DNA of 64,000 nt from Clostridia bacterium (GCA_900767815.1 CAAGAM010000070.1:1315-65314), one strand, 5' to 3'; shown: positions 9,480-19,497, counted from the first letter of the stretch. The notes: generated by a model not told the origin, from the sequence alone. Translations and numbers: made by a program.

Positions 9480-11371
9480 TAGCGGCAGCGGCGATGGCGT
9501 GTACGCTCGGCGGCGTATCGCTTCTGGCGCACGTCTATACGCTGAACAATATCAAAAGCAAGACGGTAGGCGACGGACAACACGGTTCCGCGCGGTGGGC
9601 GACAAGAGGCGAGATAAAGAAGGTTTACAAGCACATTCCGTTTACGCCGGACAAGTGGCGAGAGCAGGCGCGAAATGGCGAAAAACCGACCTATAGGCTC
9701 ACTAATCGCAAAAAATCTATTGAAGAAGAACTGCCGCAAGGGATAATCGTCGGGTGCAAAGGCGGAAAGAAAAAGACAACGGCTATGGTGGATACGGGCG
9801 ACGTGCACGTGCTTATGATCGGCGCGGCGGGCGTTGGTAAAACGGCGTACTGGTTGTATCCTTGTATCGAATACGCCTGCGCGAGCGGAATGTCGTTTTT
9901 GTCTACCGATACAAAAGGCGACGTAATGCGAAATTACGGCGGCGTGGCGAAAGAATACGGGTATAATGTTTCGGTGATTGATTTAAGAAATCCAACGAAG
10001 TCCAATGGTAATAATCTGCTGAACCTTGTAAACAAGTATATGGATTTATACAAGAAATACCCGAACCAACTTGCGTATAAAGCCAAAGCGGAAAAGTATG
10101 CGAAAATCATATCCAAAACGATAATACTGTCTGGCGCAGAGTCGGCCTCGTTCGGACAAAACGCATACTTTTACGACGCAGCAGAGGGTATTCTCACAGC
10201 AACGATATTGCTCGTGGCGGAATTTTGCGAACCGCAGAAAAGGCATATCGTATCCGTATTCAAGATTATACAAGAACTGCTTGCTCCGTCGGAGAAACGA
10301 AACAAGAATCAGTTTCAGGAACTGATGGCATTGCTTCCGAACGATCATAAAGCGAAATGGTTTGCGGGTGCGGCGTTGAACGCGTCCGATCAGTCTATGG
10401 CGAGCGTAATGTCAACCGCGCTTTCGAGATTAAACGCTTTTCTCGATTCCGAACTCGAACAAATACTTTGTTTTGATACAGAAATAGACGCGGAAAAATT
10501 CTGTTCGGAAAAGTCCGCCATATTTATCATAATGCCCGAAGAAGCACCGACGACGTTCTTTATGATTTCGCTTATCATTCAGCAGTTATACCGTGAGATA
10601 TTAGCGGTAGCCGATGAAGAAGGCGGCAAACTTAAAAATCGTTGTATTTTCTTTTGCGACGAGTTCGGAACGCTCCCGAAAATACAGGATGCGGAAATGA
10701 TATTTTCTGCATCGCGTTCAAGGCGGTTACAAATCGTGCCTATAATTCAAAGTTTTTCACAACTCGATAAAAACTACGGCAAGGAAGGCGAAGAAATTAT
10801 TGTAGACAATACGCAACTGACTATATTCGGCGGGTTTGCTCCGAACAGTCCGTCTGCGGAAGTTTTATCCAAAGCGCTCGGAACGAGAACGGTGCTTACG
10901 GGTTCGGTAAATAAGGGAAAGAACGATCCGTCCGAGTCGTTGCAAATGACGGAACGCCCGCTTATGAGCGCAGACGAATTAAAAGCAATGCCGAAAGGGC
11001 AATTCTTTGTAATGAAAACGGGCGCGCATCCGATGAAAGTAAGATTAAAACTTTTCTTTGATTGGGGAATTTCGTTCGGCGAGCCGTATGCCGTAAAAGA
11101 AAATGCGAACCGCAAAGTGGAATACGCCGAGAAGAAAGAACTTATAGAAAAAATCGTGGAAAAATATTGTCCCGATCTGAAAGACGAAACGGAAGAAAAG
11201 GCAAAATCTTGCGGCGGTATAGGCGGACAATCGCAGGTGGAAAGCAGACGACATTTCGAACCCGAACGAAAAACGGACAGACCGTTTTTGCGAACCTCGT
11301 CCGTAAAGAGGCAGTTACCGTTACCGCCGAGTTTAACGGAAGAAGAAAGGGGTGAGAATGAGCCGACTTGA
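9455..11371 (+). CDS. type IV coupling protein (VirD4/TraG/TcpA family)
   Basis: N-terminal TM segment and Walker A motif GAAGVGKT. 638 aa. Overlaps neighbouring genes (coupled). Confidence 0.75.
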   Translation: MSGITILIIAAAAMACTLGGVSLLAHVYTLNNIKSKTVGDGQHGSARWATRGEIKKVYKHIPFTPDKWREQARNGEKPTYRLTNRKKSIEEELPQGIIVGCKGGKKKTTAMVDTGDVHVLMIGAAGVGKTAYWLYPCIEYACASGMSFLSTDTKGDVMRNYGGVAKEYGYNVSVIDLRNPTKSNGNNLLNLVNKYMDLYKKYPNQLAYKAKAEKYAKIISKTIILSGAESASFGQNAYFYDAAEGILTATILLVAEFCEPQKRHIVSVFKIIQELLAPSEKRNKNQFQELMALLPNDHKAKWFAGAALNASDQSMASVMSTALSRLNAFLDSELEQILCFDTEIDAEKFCSEKSAIFIIMPEEAPTTFFMISLIIQQLYREILAVADEEGGKLKNRCIFFCDEFGTLPKIQDAEMIFSASRSRRLQIVPIIQSFSQLDKNYGKEGEEIIVDNTQLTIFGGFAPNSPSAEVLSKALGTRTVLTGSVNKGKNDPSESLQMTERPLMSADELKAMPKGQFFVMKTGAHPMKVRLKLFFDWGISFGEPYAVKENANRKVEYAEKKELIEKIVEKYCPDLKDETEEKAKSCGGIGGQSQVESRRHFEPERKTDRPFLRTSSVKRQLPLPPSLTEEERGENEPT

Positions 11372-11627
11372 TTTTTTATACTCGAGCGACATTTCGTCAA
11401 AAGCCGTCGCCGTATTTTTTTATCTGCTCGACCATGCGAACAAGCAAGGCGAGTGTTGGCCGTCGATACCTACGATAGCGGAAGATTTGAAAATTTCCGA
11501 ATCGACGGTTCGGCGGGCGGTGAAAGAACTTAAAAAGGCAGGGCTTCTGACAACCGAGCAACGCTACAGACCGAACGGTGGCAAAAGCAGTTTGTGCTAT
11601 AAAATAAAAAGCGGCGTTCCGCCGTAA
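11358..11627 (+). CDS. small winged-helix/HTH DNA-binding protein
   Basis: The motif PSIPTIAEDLKISESTVRRAVKELKKAGLL is a typical HTH. Overlaps the 3' end of the coupling-protein gene. Confidence 0.5.
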   Translation: MSRLDFLYSSDISSKAVAVFFYLLDHANKQGECWPSIPTIAEDLKISESTVRRAVKELKKAGLLTTEQRYRPNGGKSSLCYKIKSGVPP

Positions 11628-11657
11628 CGACGACTATCCCTAAAGGGTAGTTTTTTT

Positions 11658-14600
11658 ATGCTAAAAAATATGACAAAAAAGGAGAAAGACATGAAAATTA
11701 AAAAGTGGTTTCTATTCGGTTTTGCAATTCTTGCGTTGATGTTCGGCGTGTTCGGATTTACGAGTATGAGCAACGTCAAAACAGCTAAAGCCGAAACTTA
11801 CAGGACGTCGAAATTCCTGACCAAAGGAACGACTTCGGTAGACGGCGCAACGCCTACGAACGGTTGTCCGGATAATTTCAAAGTGTATATGTGCGGGGCG
11901 TATACGGACGATAAAACTTCGGAAATTTACAGAAGCGCGATTATCGATTGGACGTATTACAAAATTACGGTGGAAGTCAAAAACGTGAGCAATCACATTG
12001 CGTTCTCAATGACGAGAAACGGTTATACGATATACAAAAAATCTTTGTCGGGTAATGGAAACATCACGTTGTATTCCGACTCGCTTACCGACGGCGAATA
12101 TGCGTTCGAATATACCTGCAACTACAAAAGCGGGTTTTTAGGAATGGTAACGACGAACTATTCATATAAGTTTGGGTTCGAAGTAGATAAAACCGCGCCT
12201 GTAAATTCGCTGAAAGCGGGCGGTAGTTATATTTCGAGCGGAAGTTATACTAATAAACAAGTTGTGTATTCTGCAAACGACAAGAACTTCAGCAAGATAA
12301 GGTATTATCGCCCGGGTGTGAGCAGCTACTCAACGTCGTATTCGACGAGTTACACGATTCCGAGTACGGAAGCCTGTAACGGTTGGTGGTATTTTTACGC
12401 AACCGATCTTCTCGGTGCTTCGAGCGATACCGTTTCGGTATGTTACGACACGATCGCGCCCGTCGGAAAGGTGACCGATTCGAGCGGCGCTGTAATCAAA
12501 AACGGCGGGTACGCAAACAAAGCTATATCATATACAGCGACGGATGTGCAAGGCGTAAGTAATTATCAGGTTAAAAAACCGAATTCTTCGACTTGGACTT
12601 TGTACACTGTGGGAACAAAACTGTCGGGAACGGGTAAATATGTGTTCCGCAGTACGGACAAAGCGGGCAACGTGTCCGAAGAATACTCGGTTTATTATGA
12701 CGCGGCATCGCCCACGGGAACGTTATACGGCGGAACTTCGATAAAACAAGACGGCGATTATACGAACGCCGCGTATATCAAATACGTTGCGGCGGACGCT
12801 CAATCGGGAATCGACGCTTGTTACGTCAAGATGCCGAATTCATCGTATTATACGAATTACGCGTCGGGAACGCAACTCGCAACCGAAGGCAGATATTATT
12901 TTTATTCGGTAGATAAAAGCGGTAACAAATCGACCACGGTATCGATCGTGCTGGATAAAACGAAGCCCATAGGAATGGTTTCGACTGTCGGCGGAACGAG
13001 TATAAAAAACGGCAGTCACACTAATACTTCGTGGATAGCGTATACTGCGACGGAAGCGTTCGGTGTTGCTTCGAGTTTCGTTAAAAAGCCGGGCAGTTCG
13101 TCTTTCGTGGCGTATACTTTAAGTTCGCAGTTATCCGATGAAGGCGAATATACTTTTTATTGTATCGATAAAGCAGGAAATCGTTCCGAAAATTATACCG
13201 TTACGATAAACAGACAGATGCCTACAGGCGAAATTCGCGTGGACGGAAAAGCGTTCGGCGGGCTGTACACTAACGGGGAAAATATAAGTTTCGTTTGTTC
13301 GGCGGCGAAATGTTACGTTATGTTGCCCGACAGCAGTACCTTCACCGATTATATTTCGGGAACGGAATATTACAAGCCGGGAAGATATAACTTTTATGGC
13401 AAATCGGAAGCGGGAACGGCAAGTTATATTTACTCGATTACCATAGACAGAACAAGCAAGCCGTTAACTATCAAGAACGTGGTAGGCGGCAAGACGGACG
13501 GCGACGTCACGATAGAGTGGACGGACGGAGATTTGAGTAAATTCGCGCCCGTGAAAACCGTAACCGTGAACGGCAAACCTTACGCTAAAGGCGACGTCGT
13601 TTTTACTATCGACACAGGCAAATATTTCGTCGAATCCATCGATGCGGCGGGCAATAAATGGTCGACCGAGTTTGTTTCGACCAAGCGCAATATTTTAACC
13701 GAAACCTTGATAAAAGAGTATTTCGAAACGTTCGATAAAAACGGCGAAATATATAGTTTATCGACCTATAGCGCGGCTTTTGAGTTTGCAATCAAGAGAG
13801 AAAAGTCGTTCGTGAGAACGGGCGTATGGAACGGAACAACGTGGGATACGGGCATAGCGATGGACTTGAAAGACAGCGTAAACGCGAAAAGCGGAGAGTA
13901 TTTTATTTACAAGAAATCGGGCAGCGAAAACGAAGAAGTCGCGTATTTCACGCAGGAACGACTGGACGAAGTGATCGCCGAATATGCGGCGGTCGGCATA
14001 AATTCTTTCTACTATTGGGAGAAAGAACCTGCCACTCCCGCTGAAGGCGAAACGATTTATATTCTACCCGAAACGAGAAATATAATTGCTGATAAAATCA
14101 ATATCGGAGAAAACGTGCATTGCCTTGTAAACGGCGAAGAATTTATAGGTAATGTTTTCGATCTCGAAGGCGAACACGCTCTGACGATTTGCGACGAGTG
14201 GGGCAATACCTGCGATTATAACGTTACGGTTATAAGGCGCGCTCCCGATATTTTATACGCGGTAAATGGCGGCGATACGAATATCGCCGAACTCGACAGA
14301 GTATATCGTTTTAACGATAAAGTGACAGTTTCGGTAGACGACGCCTATGACGCAGACGCCATGTTCGTTGCGTATGACGAAAACGAAAATATACTCGGTA
14401 AGTTCTTGTTCGGCGAAACGTTCGAACTTACTGACAGCGGAAAGTATTTTGTAAAGGCAATCAACCGCTTCGGTTGGTCGGAATCTTTCTCTGTTATTAT
14501 ATCTCGTAACGCACCCGTTATTAAGGCGGAAAAAAATGCAGAAGATAAAAGACTTGATATTTCGATCGGAGAAAGCGAAGATAATCTCGGCTCGATTCAA

Positions 14601-15566
14601 TCAATAGAGATGTATAAGTCGACCGACGGGCAGGAAACATGGGCTCAGCTCGATAAAGACGATTATGGTGTGATTATAGAGGCGGGAACGTATTTCTTCT
14701 CTTTCAGAACAAGCGGCGTGTATAAGATTATCTTAACCGACGAGTTCAGAACGGGCGATGCCGCTGTAATAGAAATTGTCGAATATAATCAGCCGACGAT
14801 TGACGCGATATTAAACGGTGTAGAAAACGGCGGATATACGAACGGAACGGTGTCCGTCGAATGGACGGACGAAGTTATAGCTACGGCTACAAAGGATGAA
14901 GAAAATATCGAATACAACAGTGGCATTGAACTGAAAGGCGACGGCGAATACGTTATCGTTTTGGAAAACTTCGACAGCGAAAAGTTGGTCTATAAGTTCG
15001 TTATCGATACAATTGCGCCCGAATTGACTGTTTCGAGGGCAACTCGCGGAAGCAAAGAAAAAGGCGACGTAAGCGTTGGATTTGCTGAAAATGATTTGAT
15101 TGTTCAACTCTATAAAGACGGCGAACTTGCCGGTGATTACGTTTCCGAAACCTTAATCACGGAAAGCGGAAAATACAAAGTCGTCGCTACGGATAAGGCG
15201 GGCAACGTGAGCGAAGTCGAGTTTGAAATAGACAAGATCGCTCCCAAACTCGTCATAACCGGAGTTGAAAACGGCGGGCAGGCTTCGGGCGGAGTTACGC
15301 TTTCGGAACTCTCGGAAGAATCGACCGTAACGGTTAAACTGAACGACGAAACTATCGAGTACGAAATAGGTACAACCTTGACGAAAGTCGGCAAATACAC
15401 CGTAACCGTTACCGACGAATGCGGCAATGAAAGCGTTTATGAATTCGAAATCATAAAGGCTAAAAAGCCCGTAAACGTCGGATTGATTATTGCTTTCGTC
15501 GTTTCAATGATGGTAGCCGTCGGCGCGGCGATGTTCCTTATTATTAAGAAGAAGCGCGAAGGCTAA
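11658..15566 (+). CDS. large repeat-containing cell-surface protein with signal peptide and C-terminal membrane anchor (putative mating adhesin)
   Basis: 1302 aa. Hydrophobic signal-like segment near aa 15-35. At least five degenerate ~90-aa repeats (YSVYYD..P.G....GG.SIK.G..TN...I.Y.A.D). C-terminal TM helix followed by KKKREG. No LPXTG motif. Confidence 0.6.
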   Translation: MLKNMTKKEKDMKIKKWFLFGFAILALMFGVFGFTSMSNVKTAKAETYRTSKFLTKGTTSVDGATPTNGCPDNFKVYMCGAYTDDKTSEIYRSAIIDWTYYKITVEVKNVSNHIAFSMTRNGYTIYKKSLSGNGNITLYSDSLTDGEYAFEYTCNYKSGFLGMVTTNYSYKFGFEVDKTAPVNSLKAGGSYISSGSYTNKQVVYSANDKNFSKIRYYRPGVSSYSTSYSTSYTIPSTEACNGWWYFYATDLLGASSDTVSVCYDTIAPVGKVTDSSGAVIKNGGYANKAISYTATDVQGVSNYQVKKPNSSTWTLYTVGTKLSGTGKYVFRSTDKAGNVSEEYSVYYDAASPTGTLYGGTSIKQDGDYTNAAYIKYVAADAQSGIDACYVKMPNSSYYTNYASGTQLATEGRYYFYSVDKSGNKSTTVSIVLDKTKPIGMVSTVGGTSIKNGSHTNTSWIAYTATEAFGVASSFVKKPGSSSFVAYTLSSQLSDEGEYTFYCIDKAGNRSENYTVTINRQMPTGEIRVDGKAFGGLYTNGENISFVCSAAKCYVMLPDSSTFTDYISGTEYYKPGRYNFYGKSEAGTASYIYSITIDRTSKPLTIKNVVGGKTDGDVTIEWTDGDLSKFAPVKTVTVNGKPYAKGDVVFTIDTGKYFVESIDAAGNKWSTEFVSTKRNILTETLIKEYFETFDKNGEIYSLSTYSAAFEFAIKREKSFVRTGVWNGTTWDTGIAMDLKDSVNAKSGEYFIYKKSGSENEEVAYFTQERLDEVIAEYAAVGINSFYYWEKEPATPAEGETIYILPETRNIIADKINIGENVHCLVNGEEFIGNVFDLEGEHALTICDEWGNTCDYNVTVIRRAPDILYAVNGGDTNIAELDRVYRFNDKVTVSVDDAYDADAMFVAYDENENILGKFLFGETFELTDSGKYFVKAINRFGWSESFSVIISRNAPVIKAEKNAEDKRLDISIGESEDNLGSIQSIEMYKSTDGQETWAQLDKDDYGVIIEAGTYFFSFRTSGVYKIILTDEFRTGDAAVIEIVEYNQPTIDAILNGVENGGYTNGTVSVEWTDEVIATATKDEENIEYNSGIELKGDGEYVIVLENFDSEKLVYKFVIDTIAPELTVSRATRGSKEKGDVSVGFAENDLIVQLYKDGELAGDYVSETLITESGKYKVVATDKAGNVSEVEFEIDKIAPKLVITGVENGGQASGGVTLSELSEESTVTVKLNDETIEYEIGTTLTKVGKYTVTVTDECGNESVYEFEIIKAKKPVNVGLIIAFVVSMMVAVGAAMFLIIKKKREG

Positions 15567-15602
15567 TGTAAACGGCGGATAAAAATAGCCGAGAACAGCA
15601 AA

Positions 15603-15640
15603 CGAGAGAGCCGACAAAACGGCTCTCTCGTTAAAATTTT
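15603..15640 (+). terminator. rho-independent terminator after surface-protein gene
   Basis: 11-bp perfect stem CGAGAGAGCCG/CGGCTCTCTCG, loop ACAAAA, followed by a T-rich tract. Confidence 0.6.
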
Positions 15641-15849
15641 ACTTAAAATACCTTACAAGGGCGTAGTGTTTAATTTCTTTGATAGGTGGCAGGTGTCACG
15701 ATGGCAGGAGAATGTGAACCACCCATTGTAACTATCAAAAGCAGAAAGAAAAATAAGACAATAATATAATAAATAAACATCATTCAAAGGTATCTGTTAA
15801 AGATATAGCCAAGGAACAGCATGTTTCGCCTGATATCGTTTCAAGAGCC

Positions 15850-16047
15850 TTGCGGTTGGTATCTTTCTCAAATAAACCCGAACTACCCGTTATTCTCGGA
15901 ATAGACGAATTTAAGGGCAATACAAGCAGTGAAAAGTATAATCTTATTCTTACAGACCTACACGACAATAAAATACTCGACATACTTCCGACACGCAAAA
16001 AGACAGATATTATATCGTATTTTAAGCGTTATGCCAGCCAAGAATAA
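15850..16047 (+). pseudogene. ISL3 transposase N-proximal fragment
   Basis: 65-codon ORF with a TTG start carrying the ISL3 LGIDEFKGN..LPTRKK motif. It ends in a stop just before the palindromic insertion. Confidence 0.55.
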
Positions 16048-16058
16048 TATGAACCGTG

Positions 16059-16163
16059 GTTTTACGGCGTGTTTTTGGTTAATACTTCGTTGCACTCGTG
16101 GGTTATACTTGTTTATTAACCCGCTCGCGCGCCTTGTCTTAATCTAAAAACACGCCGTAAAAC
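16059..16163. repeat. 105-bp palindromic insertion bounded by perfect 18-bp inverted repeats inside the ISL3 transposase gene
   Basis: GTTTTACGGCGTGTTTTT at 16059-16076 and its exact reverse complement AAAAACACGCCGTAAAAC at 16146-16163, 69 bp apart. It lies between transposase segments that are adjacent in intact ISL3 proteins. Confidence 0.5.
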
Positions 16164-16904
16164 TTGTATACAACCAAAACGCCGCTATTTTCGACGATTT
16201 TTTGCAAAGGCGAGCGCAGTAGTATTGACGTACTACAAACGAGAATTTGTGAAAAAGCGCGTAAATATCGGCGTTTTGGCAGGACCCGTATTATTCTTGA
16301 CTGGCATACAACCGAAGAAAGACAAAAAGTAAAGGTTTTTGTAATGGATATGACGAACAACTATAAAGAGATTTCCTGGTTATTCCCCTCTGCCGAAATC
16401 GTAGTGGACAGGTGTCATTACGTCAGACAGGTCTACTTTGCTTTAGACGCCGTAAGAAAACGTATTCAAAAACAATTCCCGGATAACAAACGATTACACT
16501 TCAAACGCAACAAATACGTTTTATGGAAGAAGTATTCCGAACTAAACGAAGAAGATCAAATCGTTTTAAGACGTATGTTAAACCAAAGCGAAGAACTGTA
16601 CTCGGCTTGGAGCCTTAAAGAATGGTTTATTGAAATAAAGGAATTAAAAAAAGAAAAAGACGCCCGCAGGGAATTACATAATTGGCTGCTTTCGGCACAG
16701 GAAACCAATTTGTCTGAATTTAATGCTTGCATAACGGCTTTTTGCAATTGGTTCGGCTACATTATTAAAGGTTACAGACACAAAGTTACCAACGGCTTTA
16801 CCGAAGGTATGAATAACAATATTAAAGTTTTGAAACGTATTGCCTACGGGTTCAGAAACTTTGAAAACTTCCGTAAACGTATTCTTTTATGCTTCGGTAA
16901 CTGA
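16164..16904 (+). pseudogene. ISL3 transposase C-terminal portion (DDE domain), out of frame with the N-fragment
   Basis: Homology starts near nt 16320 (KVKVFVMDMTNNYKE..). The ORF N-terminus upstream of that is non-homologous read-through. Confidence 0.6.
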
Positions 16905-16981
16905 TAATTTCAACGGCACTGAAAATATTATATTCGTGAATCTTTAAATTTCACACCCCAACATTTGACAAAGAGCCATTT

Positions 16982-17863
16982 TTAATCGGGGCTGTCTTTT
17001 AACTTTTTAAATTCGGTGGGCGAAACGCCGAAAAATATTTTGAAGGCTTTTGAAAAGGTGTAAACGGACGAGTAGTTCAGTATTTCGGCGACCTTGGATA
17101 CAGGCAGTCGTTCGTCGCATATAAGTGTTTTCGCACGTTCCATTTTTGCCGAAACATAGTATTCGGTGATCGATTTACCCGTCGAAGCTTTAAATATCTT
17201 TGACAGATAAGAGTAGTTATAATTAAGATAGTCCGAGATATCGGACAAATTGCGGATAGAAAGCAGGTTGAGCGAGATGTAACGCATAATCATAAACGTT
17301 AACTGATCGGCGGTTTTCGGTTCGTCCGAAAGATTTGCGCCGTCGGATGAGTTGAAAAATTTCGGTATAAGCAGAACCAGCTGTTCGAGCGTAAGAGAAA
17401 AGAGGCGGTTTTCGGAATAGTTTCTTTCGGAAAGGATCGTTATTAGAAGATCTACGAGTTCGGGAATAAGTGAATTTCTGAAAATGCGTGATTTTGAAGA
17501 ATCGCAGTTTAAAACGAGCTCGTCAAAAACGGACTTGTATTCGGGGGTTGTGAAATAGAAGGAAAAGAATTGGTATGTAAGTTCGTTTTCGGGCGAAGAG
17601 CGCACACTGTGAACGTCGTAAGGAAAGGAGAGATATATGTCTCCGCTTTCGATTTTTTCTTCCCGACCATTAGTCGTGATTATGCCTTGGCCTGACCTTG
17701 CGATGGTAAGTTCGAACCAGTGCAGATGCAGATGCGGAGGGGAATAAGTATCCGACGAGCAGACTTTTTTCCCTATCTGATAAAGTCCGATTCTGTCTAT
17801 AACGAGCGGCGAGGTTATGAACTGATAATCTATAAGGTATTTTCCGTCTTCATGGTTTTTCAT
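16982..17863 (-). CDS. AraC-family transcriptional regulator (cupin sensor + AraC HTH)
   Basis: The C-terminal AraC-type HTH is recognisable, and the N-terminal region is cupin-like (HLHWFELTIARSGQG). Divergent to the locus promoter. Confidence 0.7.
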   Translation of the reverse strand: MKNHEDGKYLIDYQFITSPLVIDRIGLYQIGKKVCSSDTYSPPHLHLHWFELTIARSGQGIITTNGREEKIESGDIYLSFPYDVHSVRSSPENELTYQFFSFYFTTPEYKSVFDELVLNCDSSKSRIFRNSLIPELVDLLITILSERNYSENRLFSLTLEQLVLLIPKFFNSSDGANLSDEPKTADQLTFMIMRYISLNLLSIRNLSDISDYLNYNYSYLSKIFKASTGKSITEYYVSAKMERAKTLICDERLPVSKVAEILNYSSVYTFSKAFKIFFGVSPTEFKKLKDSPD

Positions 17864-17885
17864 GATATAATGATAACAGAAAAAT

Positions 17886-18051
17886 CTTTGAAAGACAACG
17901 AATAAATAGAGAAAAATAAAAAATCACACAAAAAAACAAAAACAGGATAAATTTTTAGAATAAATAGGATATTGTAAAGCTATGCGGGACGTAGTATAAT
18001 ATAAGCGAAATAACAAACGCGGAGAAATTTATGGCAAACAATTACCCTATT
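17886..18051. repeat. copy 1 of 167-bp duplicated promoter-leader module
   Basis: About 97% identical to 22518-22684. Contains the promoter, 5'UTR and first 7 codons (ATGGCAAACAATTACCCTATT). In this copy the ORF stops after 11 codons (MANNYPIFSIY*). Confidence 0.7.
17972..18000 (+). promoter_or_regulatory. sigma-A-type promoter TTGTAA-N17-TATAAT
   Basis: -35 at 17972-17977 and -10 at 17995-18000 with exact 17-bp spacing. Divergent from the araC-family gene. Confidence 0.45.
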
Positions 18052-18313
18052 TTCTCGATATATTGAACGAAAGAAAAAGATACTACGTCGGGAAGTGGAA
18101 AAAATGGTTTGCAGGGGACAGAAAAGTAAGCGTAAAAAAAACTTTATGAGTTGTGTCTTGACGAAATCTCCCGCGTTAAAAACTATATATTGTCGAAAAG
18201 CGCTTAAAAACGCACCATTCAGACATTTTTGCCCGCGTATTCTTTATTGAAGAATGCAGGCGATAAAAATGCGCAAAAAACAGTTTACATTATATAAATA
18301 CGGAGGAAAAAGC

Positions 18314-19495
18314 ATGAAAAAAGCAGATTTTTTAACTGAAGGCGATGGCGTATTAAGACTTAAACCGACCTGGGTCCCAAGAAGTTTTTGCCGCCCGGGC
18401 AAGAGAATTAAGTTGCACCCCGACGATTATTACATTTTAGGGCTTGAAAAGGGCGGAATTGACGAAAGATGGTTTGCGTCCACCACCTGGGCGGAGAACG
18501 GACCGAACACGCCCGAGGATGAGGGGCTTTCTTACGTTGTTTCAGCCGACGGAAAGGATCAGGTTTTGCTCCGTGATATGGTAGACGAACTCAAAGGCGA
18601 GATAATCGGCGAAAATCTTTGGAACAAATATCATAAATGGCCTATGTTCTCCAAGTTTTTCGATAATGCGGGACCGCTTCCGCATCACATTCATCACCGC
18701 GACGAACACGCGAAGAGAGTGGGTAGCGACGGCAAGCCCGAAATGTACTTTTTCCCCGCGCAGATGAACAATTACGGAGCGGAGTTTCCGTACACGTTTT
18801 TCGGTCTTAATCCCGACTGCAAAAAGGAAGATATAAAGAAATGTCTTGAGAATTTCACAAAAGGCGATAACCATTTGCTCGATTATTCTCAGGCGTACAA
18901 TATAGAACTCGACACGGGCTGGGACGTTCCCCCGGGAGTTCTGCACGCGCCCGCAAGTCTGTGTACGTACGAACCGCAGTTTGCTTCGGATGTTTACGCG
19001 ATGTATCAGTCGGTTCTGCTCGGCGGGCATTGCGTTCCCGAAGATTTGCTGTGGAAAAACTGCCCGCCCGAAGAAAAAGGTAATTTCGATTATCTTATAG
19101 ACGTTATCGACTGGGAAGCCAACGTCGATCCGAAGTTCAAAGAGCATCGTTTCATGCGCCCGATCGTAGATAAAGAAGACGAAAAGCATAAGGAAGAGTG
19201 GATTTGTTATAAATCGAAACTCGCCTGCGCAAAAAGGCTTACCGTTTATCCCGGTCAGACCGTTACGGTAAAGGACAGCGCGGCTTACGGATTTATTCTT
19301 ATAGAAGGTCACGGCAAATTCGGCAAATGGGACATAGAAACGCCGACGCTCATAAGATACGGCGAACTCACGAACGACGAGTTTTTCGTAACCGAAAAGG
19401 CGGCGAAGAAAGGAATAAAAATAACAAACGAGAGCAAAACGGAAAATATCGTAATGCTCAAACATTTCGCGGAAAATCCCGACCTCAATTTTTAA
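18314..19495 (+). CDS. cupin-fold sugar isomerase-like protein (class I mannose-6-phosphate isomerase-like)
   Basis: RBS GGAGGAAAAAG then ATG at 18314. The His-rich motif PLPHHIHHRDEH and P.GVLHAP are reminiscent of PMI-type metal sites. This is a weak family assignment. Confidence 0.4.
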   Translation: MKKADFLTEGDGVLRLKPTWVPRSFCRPGKRIKLHPDDYYILGLEKGGIDERWFASTTWAENGPNTPEDEGLSYVVSADGKDQVLLRDMVDELKGEIIGENLWNKYHKWPMFSKFFDNAGPLPHHIHHRDEHAKRVGSDGKPEMYFFPAQMNNYGAEFPYTFFGLNPDCKKEDIKKCLENFTKGDNHLLDYSQAYNIELDTGWDVPPGVLHAPASLCTYEPQFASDVYAMYQSVLLGGHCVPEDLLWKNCPPEEKGNFDYLIDVIDWEANVDPKFKEHRFMRPIVDKEDEKHKEEWICYKSKLACAKRLTVYPGQTVTVKDSAAYGFILIEGHGKFGKWDIETPTLIRYGELTNDEFFVTEKAAKKGIKITNESKTENIVMLKHFAENPDLNF

Positions 19496-19497
19496 AA

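Larger units (their letters stand above)
15790..16975. mobile_element. ISL3-family insertion sequence remnant (5'-truncated, internally disrupted)
   Basis: Transposase fragments show ISL3 motifs (KDIAKEQHVSPDIVSRAL, LGIDEFKGN, VMDM..IVVDRCHYV, TNGFTEGMNNNIKVLKRIAYGFRNFENFRKRILL). The right end finishes ..GACAAAGAGCC, the reverse complement of the GGCTCTT typical of ISL3 terminal inverted repeats. The left IR and the N-terminal zinc-finger region are absent. Confidence 0.55.

Noticed and set aside
11062-11355. 97-aa Arg/Lys-rich + strand ORF
   Set aside because: Lies inside the coupling-protein gene in another frame. Composition is that of a frame-shifted translation of a GA-rich region.
18542-19465. 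307-aa minus-strand ORF antisense to the cupin isomerase-like gene
   Set aside because: Overlaps a + strand gene that has a clear RBS and conserved motifs. No recognisable domains. Shadow ORF.
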